Source: Octopus sinensis (lineage: Eukaryota). From it: DNA of 64,000 bases. How positions within the stretch are numbered: position 1 is the first letter of the stretch; the number at the start of each line of letters is the position of its first letter. Positions 50,919-63,796 of this stretch are shown piece by piece. The stretch is taken from contig NC_043010.1 in NCBI RefSeq assembly GCF_006345805.1, forward strand, positions 61,442,001-61,506,000, read 5' to 3'. The position numbers and the translations under genes were made by a program. The notes below the pieces were generated by a model. It saw only the letters and a list, made by a program, of their open reading frames with translations. It did not search any database and was not told where the DNA came from.

Positions 50919-53109
50919 ACTTCCACTCTATTGTCATGGAATAATGGGGTTAGAGAGGACCTGGCAAGAATATAAGCACATGACCATGATGATGGTGATG
51001 ATGATCCCTGTAGTTGTGCCCTTTCTAGCCAAGATAAGAAATCCTTATTACTGCGACCAGGTCGTGTGGTTTCCAGTTTTACAAATCCATCTTCAAAACC
51101 CCGATCCAGATCATTTTCAAAATCCAATGATTTTCCACTAATTTTCAAAGATCAATAACCTAAGAGATCACTCAGTGTCCTCCAAAAATTCAACTTCAAT
51201 ATGTTGCCAGCACTGCCTTGACTGGCCTCCGTGCTGGTGGCATGTAAAAAGCACCCACTACACTCACAGAGTGGTTGGTGTTAGGAAGGGCATCCAGCTG
51301 TAGAAACACTGCCAGATCAGACTGGGCCTGGTGTAGCCTCCTGGCTTCACAGACCCCAGTTGAACCGTCCAACCCATGCTAGCATGGAAAGCAGACGTTA
51401 AACGATGATGATTTCTTTTGACCACTTTTCCAAGACTTTGCTACCATTCTACGACCAAATCCATTATTATTGGGTTAAAAATAACAAAACCTAAACCAAA
51501 ACAAAATATAATTTCCTGATTGGGGTAAAAAGGGAGGGGGTTTTATTTGGGGGGCAAAAACAGGGGAATTCAAACACTTACATCATGGAGGGGGGGGAGA
51601 AAGGTCAAGGATATATGACCTTTAGGGTGGGGTGAAGGGGGAATGTTGATGACATCAGACTGCTGTCAAGTAATTACCTGTTATGTAACAGATCAGAGAT
51701 GGTGGAGAAGCAATGAGAAAGATTTGTAGGTCATCTTGGCAAAGTTCCTTTCAACTAACATCAAAACAAGGCAAATAAGTGTGTACTTGGAACTGTTACA
51801 ATAACAATAACAACAACAACACCCTCTGCCACCACCACCACCATTGCAAGCCAATGAGGAAGCCTCAATGAGGTCATTTGATTTGTTAGAACTAGCAGCC
51901 AATTCTCCTTCAAAACTCACTACCACTATCTCAAATAAGAAAGGACACATAGGGCAATGCAGTTGTAAGTGAATGAGAATAAAGGATGGGATGGTCATGG
52001 CAGGAATGCCTTTGATCATACTTCTACTAAATTAGGACTGACCTATGATTAGACAACAATAATGACATTAACACAACTACCAAGAATAATGAGGGAAATT
52101 TGGCTGCTATTTCTAGCAGATGAATTGGCCATACAGAAGCTCCCTAATTAAGCTAACAAGTGAACCTCAAGGCAGTTGTTCATCCTACTAGAAAAAGTAA
52201 CCATACATCCCTCAAAAACATCAACTGACTGTCTTAAATAGTTAAAGGAGACATTAGGTGGGATGGGTATGACAGGATTGGATTGTTTTTCCATCCTAAA
52301 TCTGTTGAAACAGGATTTAATCCAGAACTAAGTAACAGCACTCCTCAAGAAGCAAGATTAATCACCATCCATCTCTCTCTCTCTCCCCCCCACCACCCCT
52401 TACCCCCTCTTTATTCCTTTCTATCTCCATCTACCATCTGCCACTCAACCTATTTGACCTCCTCCTCCTCCTCCATCACTCACCTTCACACCCTCACACC
52501 TCTCCATCTTTCTCTCGGTTCCTCCTCATCCCTCTCCCCCTTTCTTCTCTCAGATTTTCCGGTCAATGTTTCCTTTGTCCTTCTGATCTCCCACCACTCT
52601 CCTTCTCAACATCCTTACTTTCCATCTCCTTCCTCCCCTCTTCAAAATCCACCACCACCACTACCAACAACAACAACAACCAGCCCATCCTTTCTTCTCC
52701 CCCTCCCACACACCACACCCTATCTTCTTATGTAACATATTAATGTGACAGCAATGACATTCATAACAAGATGTAATTTCCCAATCAACCTGTCCCCTCT
52801 CCCCAGACACACACACACACACACACACACCAAGTCATCACCCATTAACCCCTTCTCTCTCCCACTGGTGAAAGCAGAGGAGAAGTCAGTCCAAATGTCA
52901 AAGCTATTTCCTCTCCCTGTGATTGTTTCACCTTAACCCCACTTGGAGAAATCAAACTGTAATTCCACTAAATGTAGCAACAAGGTCATTAAAAGTCATC
53001 CTTTTAAGAGAGAGGTGGAGAAACGAAAGCTATGGGTCCGTTTTCCATAGGTTGACATAACACCTCTTCCTTGCAGTGTGCTCAGATTTCAAATTTTTTA
53101 ATAGCTTCA

Positions 53110-53520
53110 TGAGACCTGGTAAGTAAATTACAGCATCATGAGATACATCAACCAATTGGATGAAATGATGAGTGAACTTGCAATTAAACAGCTGAGATTG
53201 GTCAATAGAGACAGGCCAATTCTCTTGCAAGACAATGCTTGACCACGTGTTGCACAAAGAACGTTACTCAAGTTACAGGAATTGAACTTGGAAGTACTCT
53301 GTCGTCCACCATATTCACTTAACCTTGCACCAACTAACTATAATGTTTTCCAGGCATTAGACAACATTTTGCCAGGAAAAAACTCAAAATCTGAAGAAGA
53401 TGCAAAAGCAGCCTTTCATGATTTCATCACCTCTTGCTCTCCAGAATTCTTTGCTGCTGGCATAAATAAGCTACTGATATAATGGCAAGATTGTGTTGGT
53501 AATTTAGGTGCATACTTTAA
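53110..53520 (+). mobile_element. Mariner transposase C-terminal fragment (pseudogenised)
   Basis: PILLQDNA*PRVAQRTLLKLQEL...PPYSLNLAPTNY...GINKLLI*WQDCV: degenerate HDNARPH and YSPDLAPSD motifs. Confidence 0.85.
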
Positions 53521-54439
53521 CTGGATTGCTTTTTTCTGTCTGTTTGCTATACTAGCAAACCAATCTTCAACAAAACTTTGCATTCATATTAAACTAACGT
53601 CCAGTTCAATTATTGGTTAATTGGATTTCAATAAAAATTGATAATGGGCCCCTTACAGGGTTTGGGCTATTATATGATAAAATGAGAAGGGTGCAAAGAG
53701 TGTTAGGTTGAGGGAAATGTGGTGGCATAATGAGGGTGGCTGATATCAGGGAAGGGGAGAAGACAAGAAGAGACAGGGAAACAAGGAATGTGAGAAAGAG
53801 AGAGAAAAAAACGAGAGACAGGGACAGAGGGGGAGAGAGAGAGAGAATGTGTTTACTGAAGGGAACAGTGAATTTTAATACTTTGTTCTTTTCACAGCTA
53901 TACTCCATTTGAAATTTGTATTAGTTTTTGTATGAAAAGAAAAAGGAAAGGAAAGGAAGGGGGGATTGTTTGTAGTTTGTAGAGAAAACGTTAAATGTGC
54001 CTGAAAAAAATAAACATGGTCTTTCTCCTTCAACTAAAAGACATGAAGAACTATGAAAGAAGGCAAATAAGTACCGGGGTGAGGGAAAGAAGAGAGAACT
54101 AACACGCGATCTTTCTAGAACTCCCAGAATAAAAACGTAAACACCTCCACTTTGCCACTCACTTCTTCTTTGAAGTAAGTGTGACACACACCACAGGTAC
54201 ATACAAAAAGAATAAGTTGGCATATTAATATTATTGATAATACATACATAATGGGTGAAAATCCCCTTTGGTTACAAATGACCATGGGATTGCAACTGGA
54301 AATAAAGTGTGTTGCTCAAGAACACAACACACAGCCAGGCCCAGGAATTGAACCCACATTTGTCAGCCCAATGTCCTAACTACTAGCCATGCACCTTCAC
54401 AGTGTGTGTATGTATGAGGGGGTGTGAAGCCCAGCCTTC

Positions 54440-54584
54440 TGAGTTCTTTTACAGGAGTTAGAAAAACTGAAGGATCGTCGCAATAATTCTGTGAATATGA
54501 GAAGGGATTATGTTGAATAAAATCATAACTGATTCTCCTGTATTTTCTTTTATCCAAAGCCAGGAACTTATCAGCACCCCCTCG
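54440..54584 (+). mobile_element. Mariner 3' end fragment
   Basis: LEKLKDRRNNSVNMRRDYVE* followed by TIR-like aaagccaggaacttatcagcaccccctcgt. Confidence 0.55.
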
Positions 54585-55340
54585 TGTGTGTGTGTGTGTG
54601 TGTGTGATGTACCCAGTGTAAATTACAGACAATCAGAGGCGCAGGAGTGGCTGTGTGGTAAGTAGCTTGTCTACCAACCACATGGTTCTGTGTTCAGTCC
54701 CACTGCGTGGCACTTTGGGCAAGTGTCTTCTACTATAGCCTCGGGCCGACCAATGCCTTGTGAGTGGATTTGGTAGACGGAAACTGAAAGAAGCCCGTCG
54801 TATATATGTATGTATATATATATGTTTGTGTGTCTGTGTTTGTCTCCCTAGCATTGCTTGACAACCGATGCTGGTGTGTTTATGTCCCCCGTCACTTAGC
54901 GGTTCGGCAAAAAAGAGACCGATAGAATAAGTACTGGGCTTACAAAGAATAAGTCCCGGGGTCGAGTTGCTCGACTAAAGGCGGTGCTCCAGCATGGCTG
55001 CAGTCAATTGACTGAAACAAGTATAAGAGTATAAGAGCATAAGAGATGTAGTGGAACTGCAATCACACTAGCAGAAGATAGGTCTGAATGTGACAGATTC
55101 ACTAAAACAATGTGTATGGCATGTGTGATGAACACTACAGAGACAAACAGATTCTCCTAAATGCCTGTTTGGCTCACTCGTAGGTAGTCAATGGTTTCTG
55201 TTATTTAGGAGAAATAATTAGCAGGAGGGGTGGTTTCTTGCTCTTAAAGCATAAGTAGCAAAGGTAAAAATAGATTAGAAAAAGATCAGGGAGATTCTAT
55301 CACTGCTGGCAATAAAGTATTTTTTTTATTTCCCCTCAGA

Positions 55341-55480
55341 GTGAAGGATATATTGTATGATGCCTGTGTTAAGACTATGATGTTGTCTAATAGTGAAACA
55401 TGGGCTATGAATGCAGAAGACTTGCAAAGGATAGAAAGAAATGAAGCAAGCATGATCTGATGGATGTGTAATGTTAGTAT
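55341..55480 (+). mobile_element. RTE LINE ORF2 fragment
   Basis: VKDILYDACVKTMMLSNSETWAMNAEDLQRIERNEASMI*WMCNVS. Confidence 0.7.
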
Positions 55481-56497
55481 GTATGAATGCCAGAGAAGGA
55501 ATGAGAGAGAGAGGGGAGGGGGAGAGGGAGGGGAGAGAGAGAGAGAAAGAGAGGGGGAAGGAGAGGAATAATAATTTTGAATTATGCCATCGTAAATACA
55601 GTTTGAATAAAGGAAGATATGAGATGGTCACAGTTGGAACGTCTTTGATCATAGATCTGTGAAATCAGAGCTAACTTGGGTCAAACAACAGCTAATCATA
55701 GAGGGTGATAGATTGGGAAAAGATGGGACCAGTAAGAACATCATCACCATCATCATCATTTAACGTCCATTTCCCAGGCTGACATAATTTGCAGAGTTCA
55801 ACAAACACTGGCAAGCCAGAGGATTGTGCCATGCTCTAATGTCTGCTGTGTCATGGTTACACTGGTTGGGTGCCCTTCCTAAAACCAACCACTTCACAGA
55901 GTGGACCGGGTGTATTTTTCTGTGGCACCAGCATCAGTGAAGTTACCAGGTATCTAACAAGACAAGACCCCCACCAGCCCTCATATGAGAAGAAGGGTAC
56001 TGAGGGAGGTGGCTTTGTGTCAAGCGATGGGAGGTTCAAGCATGATAGAGGGACAGGTACAAGTGTTTTGCTGCAGGGGCATACATGGTTACCCCAGTTT
56101 TGAAGGCGGCGAGCTGGCAGAAACGTCAGCACACCGGGCGAAATACTTAGCGGTATTTCGTCTGTCGTTACATTGCGAGTTCAAATTCCGCCGAGGTTGA
56201 CTTTGCCTTTCATCCTTTCGGGGTCGATAAATTAAGTACCAGTTCCGCACCGGGGTCGATGTAATCGACTTAATACCTATGTCTGTCCTTGTTTGTCCCC
56301 TCTATGTTTAGCCCCTTGTGGGTAATAAAGAAATAAGTTACCCCAGTTGGGAGAAAAGAGGGGAGAAGGTTGTGAAAATGTGTGAGGGTACAGCCTTAAG
56401 TTTCAGGGAGGGGAATACAAGAGAAAGGGCCCAAAGGATGGGATAGGGGTGAGAATAGGTAGATAAGTTGAAGTAATGCAAATCTCCAGATACGTAC

Positions 56498-56684
56498 CTT
56501 CACCCCTGCAGATAGCCACAGGGATTGGGTGGTAGTTGTGTGCACCATATTTACTCTCTTTCTCAAAATAAATTTGGGATTTCTCACCAATTACATTTTT
56601 GGTAATTGTAGCTGATACAGCAGGCTGGGTGTGGGCAGCTCGGTAGAGCTGGGTGCTGGCCTGTTGGACAAACTTTCGGAGCAT
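56498..56684 (-). CDS. OAT: Ornithine aminotransferase, coding exon 1 (mitochondrial transit-like N-terminus; YGAHNYHPIPV)
   Basis: MLRKFVQQ...KYGAHNYHPIPVAICRGE-G. Acceptor tttcacag| lies 4 nt before the ATG; donor G|gtacgt; 187 nt, phase 1. Confidence 0.93.
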
Positions 56685-57740
56685 GATTCTGTGAAAGGAA
56701 AATAAATAAAAATAAAAATAAAACAAAGAGAAATATTGAGTTATTGGACAAATCCTTTTTTTTTTGTTTTTTTTTCCCAAAATTTGCTTCCCAGGTACAT
56801 GGTTCCAGGTTCAGTCTAATGGCACAGTGGTCTGGTAAAGTATCTTCTACTACAGTCTCAGGCTAACCAAAACCTTGTGAGTATATTTGGCAGATGGAAA
56901 CCAAAAGAAACTCATGTGTGTGTGTGTGTGTCTCTCTCTTTGTGTCAGTGTTTGTACCCTATCACTGCTTGACAACTAAAATGGGTTTGTTTATTTCCCT
57001 GTAACTTAGCAGTCTGGAAAAAGGGACCAATAGAATAAGTGTCAGGCAAAAAGAAAATAAATAAGTTCTGGGGTTGATTCATTCTACAAAAAAAACTCTT
57101 CAAGACGATGCCCCAGCATGGCCACAGTCTAATGACTGAAGCAAGTGAAAGAGATTCATTTTAATCGTTTCTTACATTTTTTGAATTAACATGAAAAATA
57201 TTTGTAACAGAATTTTATTTTTTTTTTCTTTGTATTTCTTCCTTTACAATTTTTGCTTCTTGTTTTTTGAAATTTGAATCAATCTTACCTCTTTTCACTC
57301 GTATGACAATGGTAGGCCAAGTAGAAAAGAGAAATGAACAAACTACCTGACAACTCAATAAAATAAAATAAAATAAATTAAGCATATTTAGAAAGCGATT
57401 CTGAAGACTTGTGTGTCAAGGTTTAATGATAATTAATGCCTCGTTGTCTGAAGGGGATTGCAATGTTTATGAAATTATTTTCTCATTGGTTTAATCAGAA
57501 GAGAGGTGGGGTGGGGCACGGATTTTCTGAGGCCCCTTAGAAGGAATGGGAGAGTGGGGAGGGGGACCATGCCCAAATACTTGCAGATATGCATTTGTAG
57601 TGGACTACAAGAAAACGACACAGCCTGGAAGCCATTGCTTAGAAACCAAAAAAAAAAGAAGAAGGGAAAGACAAAGTCATTCACACAAACTGGAGTTTGT
57701 TATTCTGTTATCAGTTTTCAAAGGTTATGACCTTGCTAGG

Positions 57741-57781
<41 letters not shown>

Positions 57782-58034
57782 CTTGCAAGCTACATCATGA
57801 CGAGTGCTGGTGGCACGAAAAAGAGGCACCCAGTACATACTGTAAACGGGGTTGGTGTTAGGAATGGCATCCAGCAGTGGAAACCCTATCAAAACAGATC
57901 TGCTTTGATAGGGTTTCTACACTGCAGTGCTTTGACCTATTGAATCCTTGTCAAACCATCCAACCCAAACCAGCATGGAATATGGACATCGAATGATGAT
58001 AATGAGGAGGATGATGTGTGTATGTATATGCATA

Positions 58035-58077
<43 letters not shown>

Positions 58078-58082
58078 GCATA

Positions 58083-58113
<31 letters not shown>

Positions 58114-58593
58114 GCATATGTGTGTGTATCATCATCGTTTAACATCTGTTTTCCGTGCTAGCACGGGTTGGACGGATATATATACACACACACACACATA
58201 TATATATATATACACACACACATATATATACACACATATGCACACAAACATCATGGACTTCTCTTGAGTTTCTGTCTATCATCTCCACTCACAGGGCTTT
58301 GGTCAGCCCAAGGCTACATTAGAAGACACTTGCCCAAAGTGCTATACAGTGGGACTGAACCCGAAACCATGTGGTTGGGAAGCAAGCGTCTTACCACACA
58401 GCCATGCCTGCACCTACAACTGTTTATGTTCTGAGTTCAAATTTCACAAGAGATTGCATGTGTCTTCAATCATCTCCAGGGCTGATAAAACACCACTGAA
58501 TTACAGGAGAGAGAACGTATAACCTTTGCCTGCCCCAAATTTGTGGTCTTATGCTTATAAAACAAGTCATTAATTTAATATTCATGGCCTATT

Positions 58594-59357
58594 GGAAACG
58601 AAATTGGTCCACTGGGGGCAGAAGTAGAATTTGATGAACTGCCACCAGTGGTGGAATACAAAGAATTAGAACCTTTAATGACTTCAAAAAAAAGTAAGTA
58701 AGTAAATGTTAAAATAACAGAATATAAATCTCTCTATATATATAAAGCTGAAGTTGTCTATGTATGGCAGGTTTGGTAGCCTTCAACTAACACTATCTCC
58801 TCCGAGACTATGCGGTGCAAGTTGACCAAAATTGAGAGTATGATAGAAGAAGGCTTGCTCTTCCTTCCATAGAAGAAAAAATGCAAATCAGACCATGTTA
58901 ACACCAAAAGTTATTTACATCAAAAAGCTGCTTTATTTTTTCTATGAAAATCCCTATTTTTTACGATTTTTTGATTGCTGTGTCACCATTTTTCGGTGTA
59001 TTTCAACCAGAAAAATGTTCACTTAATAACAAGCTACATAATGCAAAATTTGTACTTTTCAAAAATCCCAATTCTGAAGGGTCAAAACAAACCTGAGCAA
59101 CGCCAGGCAAGAGTGCTAGTATGATGCTAAAAGAGAGAAAGAGTTGAAAAAAGAAAACGATTAAAAACTGTATGTAAAAACACTTAAAAACATTTAAAAT
59201 GGTACTGCTTGAGAGTGGAGCTCATTGCAGCCATTTCCTTATTAATTTTATACATTTCATGTCATCCCTTTTATGTTTTTGTCCCCACTGTGGTGCCGTG
59301 TCTGTCCTTGTATTGTCCCCTCTGTGTTAGAGCCTAAGTGCTTGTTATAAAGAATAA
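58594..59357 (+). mobile_element. 5'-truncated non-LTR retroelement-like insert (interrupted by the Helitron)
   Basis: 17-bp direct repeat aatattcatggcctatt at 58577-58593 and 59358-59374; ORF tail GNEIGPLGAEVEFDELPPVVEYKELEPLMTSKKSK*; 3' end resembles the SINE-B tail. Confidence 0.55.
58729..59119 (+). mobile_element. Non-autonomous Helitron
   Basis: A|TCTCTCTATATATATAAAG start, subterminal hairpin CCTGAGCAACGCCAGG, CTAG|T end, no TSD. Confidence 0.75.
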
Positions 59358-59376
59358 AATATTCATGGCCTATTAA

Positions 59377-60460
59377 CCCTTTCGTTACCAAACCGCCCAA
59401 AGCCGCCTGAAAAAAATTTTGGTTAATGTGACCAAACCGCCCAAACCTGCCCGTATTTACCTATTCATATTTAAATGAGAATATCAGAGCAAATCTCTTT
59501 TGTACATTCGTGAAAACACGTGATTATACTTCGTAAACAGTTCATCTACAGTTTTGTACAACGATTGACGTGTAATTTTAATTTCCTGAATTTTGGGAGA
59601 TTTTTTTCCACATTTTTTTCAGCATCGATTTTTCTTCAACTTTGAAAATGGATAGGAGTTTCATGTTATCAAGCATTGATTCCGAATTGGAAAATTTGTG
59701 AAGAAAATACTGGGTACTGTTGTGGATTTAGTTTTTATACAGGGAAACTAATGTTAGTCAGCATGGCTTAGGGTATGATGTGGTCTGGAAGTTATTGTTT
59801 GAAGCGATCAATGCGGAAACAAACTTACGCAGAATGTAAACAAACACAAAATGGGGGTTCAAATTTTGGAAAATTTATGAAGCAAATACTGGGTACTGCG
59901 TGGATTTAGTTTTTATACAGGGAAAATAATGTTAGTCAGCATGGCCTAGGGAACGATGTGGTCTGGAATTTATCACTTCCATACCATAACCAGGGCCGTA
60001 TATTATTTTTTGACCAATTTCTTTAGTTCGGTCAAACTTGCGGTGGATTCCAGTATTTCACTTTATTCCACCTTTATGGTACACCTGTTGTGCATTAAAT
60101 TCAACTGATGATATAGTGATGTGCACAATTCTTCTTTATCAAAATTTTGTTGCATACCCATTTGAATATTAGCTGATGATTCATTTTCTATGGTGACGTT
60201 TAAACAAAATTTTAATATTTTTACCTTTTGCTCAATTTACCTGGATTTGCCTGTAATTAAAGTCACTTTGAGACAAAAGTTATGCAATAGAATTGATTAA
60301 TAACCCTTTCTTTAATTATGTTCCAAATATCACATTAATATGTTGATAAGTAAAAAAGTTACAGTTATTTAATGAAACAAGCCTAGATTCATGATTATTT
60401 TAGAATTTAATTGAAACTCATGAGGGGTGTATTTTGGTCAGAAATATATTAACGAAAGGG
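59377..60460. mobile_element. Non-autonomous piggyBac-type element (1084 bp)
   Basis: TTAA|CCCTTTCGTTA...TAACGAAAGGG|TTAA; subterminal accaaaccgcccaaa repeats; internal duplication with ~180-bp period; no transposase ORF. Confidence 0.8.
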
Positions 60461-63163
60461 TTAATAATGAATGGCATGGTTTTAGGGTGGGTAGCAATGA
60501 TAGCAGTGGTGGTGGTGGGGGGGGGGGCTGGGGCACTGGTGGAGAGTTCACAGAGAGAGGTGGGGGGGACAGCCAACATAAATTACATCCATATCTTTCC
60601 TGTCAATTAAAGTGTAAACAACCTCCCCACCACCATCACCTCCACCCCTCCACTTCCACTCATATTACAGTATCAAAGATCAACAACCCACTCCTACCCT
60701 GACACCCAGTGATTTTTGACAGTGACCCCGGAGGAAGAGGAGGGGAAGGGAAAGTGAAAACGGCTGATCAAGATACTTGTGTGTGTGTGTGTGTTATCTC
60801 TTATCTAATTTCAACAGTGACTGACTGTATATATGTGTGTGATTACATAGACCCACCCCCAGTTTATAATCCTACCCCCAAATATAGGACAAATAAACGT
60901 ACACACACACACAGATTGTAAGAGACATGAACATGGAGCTGATAATAAGGGGTGATCCACTTGAGAACCAAGTGACTGGAGTGTGATTCTGGGACACTTT
61001 ACCAAAGGTGGGAGGGGGTGACACCTGCCTGAGTAGAAGGGAGCAGTGGGGGTGGGGAGGGGAACATGTTTGGGGAGCGTGGCATATTGTAGATGTGTTG
61101 TAGGTACGAGAGATACATTGAGCTGCGTATTTGTGTGTGTGTGTGTGTGTGTGTGCATGTGTGGGAGGAAGACTCAGGTGTGACACTGTAAAAGGTTAGC
61201 TAATAAATGTCGTTATTCTAAACAACCAGTATTAAAAATGTCAAATGTGCAAGAGATGTCAGTCAGTGGTAGAGAAATGGGAAGGGAAGGTTAGTACAAT
61301 GTTGGTGTGATGAGGTCTCTCACAATGCATGAAACACATAAAGTGCTTTACGCAGTGTCTGCATTACCTGGTGTTAAATATCTCCACACACCTAACATGT
61401 TTTTTTTGTTTTATTTAGCACATATCTAAATTGAAAAGTATAACAATTTAAATGACCCCACCCCCATCTCCACTCTTCAACCTAATATATCACTAGTAAT
61501 TATTTTTATTTATCTCAGAAGTTATTATTAAAGGTAATAAAAAAAGCAATAAAAATTTGCTTACATTAAACCAAACATTGAACCCAATACAGAGAAAGAT
61601 TAATAATAGACAACACCCCTACTCTCCTCCCTCTTTCGTAGTAAAGTGTCCCAGAAAAAAAGGCCCCAGTCACTTTTAGATTACAAATAAATATTGGATG
61701 GATCACCATGTAACTCCTAATTCCATGTCTTCTTGCCCCTTGTCACGTCATATCTGACTATAGCAGACTGAGGCGGGGTGGATGTAGGGACTTTAGTCTA
61801 CCCTATTAAATCCAACATCACAATTACACCTATTAAATGGCATCTCAAAGCCATGACACTTCCAAATTTTTTTCAAACCAAGTTTAATTTCAAAATACCC
61901 AAACAACACCATTTAGAAAAATTCACATAAATTGATGACATTTCAGAAATAATTGTTCGGAACAGCCTGCTCATGAAATTAACATGCAAGTGGCTGAGCA
62001 CTCCACAGACACATGTACCCTTAACATAGTTCTCGGGGAGATTCAGCATGACACAGTGTGTGACAAGGTTGGCCCTTCGAAATACAGGTACAACAGAAAC
62101 AGGAAGAGGGAGAGAAAGTTGTAGTGAAAGAAGTTTGCCATCACCCCCTGCTGGAACCTCGTGGAGCTTTAGGTGTTTGCACTCAATAAACACTCATAAT
62201 ACCTGGTCTGGGAATCGAAATTGCGATCCTATGACCGTGAGTCCACTGCCCTATCGACTGGGCCATTGCGCCTCCACTAACACACTTCATATTTGAAAGG
62301 ACACACCCCATGGTATCCCCGTCTGTTCCTTTTCTACACATCAATCCTTTCCACACTCCCAATACATCTATGCCTGTAATATACCTAAACAAATGCTTAT
62401 AGACATATACTAGTGTACATATATGCTTACAGATAGGTTTATCATCATCATCATCATCATCATGCTGTTGCATTCTAGCATTTGTTGCATGCTTTGACTG
62501 GATCTGATGGGACAAAGAACTGCGTCATGCTCCAACATTTGCTTTGACATGGTTTTAAATGGCTGGATGCCCTTCCAAACACCAGCTGCTCTACAGAGCA
62601 AACTGGGTGCTTCTTCTTGTGCCATCAGCACTACAAATTTGAGTTTACCATGCAGCTTGCAAGACTATGAACCCCAAGACAGGTGGCTTTATACTACGAG
62701 ATGAGGGGGTCAAAGTTGAACAGGTTCCTAGCTGTAGAGGAGCTACGTGGTTACTCATATTTTGAAAGAGAGGGTATGAGTGACTGGGTGGGGGTTGAAA
62801 GAGATAGAAATGGTGGTGATGGGGTGTCTGGGTGTCCTTCAAAGTGAGTAGAAGTGAGTTGGGACAGAATGTAGGAGAGTGGGGATTCAAAACACAGACG
62901 GGGCAGAGGGGATGACCAATGATGCAGGAATTTGGTTGGAGGGGAGTAGTAAAAACCCGCAAAAGGAGTAGGGAGGACAGCAGAACAATAATATGTGTGA
63001 ATGTGTGGATATGTTTCCAAGTAATCATCTTTTTGTCAGAATGCAAGGTATTTATAAAAATTTCAATCTTACAAAAGATCACCCCAAGTTTCTTTACTAG
63101 AAAGCTTCTTAGGTTTATATTTCGTTTTTGGTTTGCAAGATTCTTTATACAAGTTTGTGTGTT

Positions 63164-63796
63164 GAAGCATATTCTGTTGTGTCTGGGGAGAGTCATTTTC
63201 TTTTTGTGCCTTATAATTTAATACACTCACTGGTAAAATTTCCACTTATTTCTTATTTTTATTTTCTTAAAATTTTCGTTGCGTCTTACTCTTTACTCTC
63301 TCTTTTACTTGTTTCAGTCATTTGACTGTGGCCATGCTGTAGCACCGCCTTTAGTCAAGCAAATCAACCCCGGGACTTATTCTTTGTAAGCTCAGTACTT
63401 ATTCTATCGGTCTCTTTTTTTGCCGAACCGCTAAGTGACGGGGACATAAACACACCAGCATCGGTTGTCAAGCAATGCTAGGGGGACAAACACAGACACA
63501 CACACATACATATATATATATACATATATACGACGGGCTTCTTTCAGTTTCCGTCTACCAAATCCACTCACAAGGCTTTGGTCAGCCCGGAGCTATAGCA
63601 GAAGACACTTGCCCAAGGTGCCACGCAGTGGGACTGAACCTGGAACCATGTGGTTGGTAAGCAAGCTGCTTACCACACAGCCACTCCTGCACCTTGCAAA
63701 AATATTTTTAAAAAGTGGAAATTTTACAGGTGAGTGTGTTACATTATAAGGCACAAAAAGAAAATGACTCTCCCCAGACACAACAGAATATGCTTC
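63164..63796. mobile_element. MITE with 84-bp TIRs, interrupted by a SINE-A
   Basis: 63164-63247 is the near-perfect reverse complement of 63713-63796. Confidence 0.8.

Noticed and set aside
37293-56497. Possible minor (U12) introns in OAT (two donors start GTACGT)
   Set aside because: None has the GTATCCTT/ATATCCTT U12 donor; all fit U2 GT-AG.
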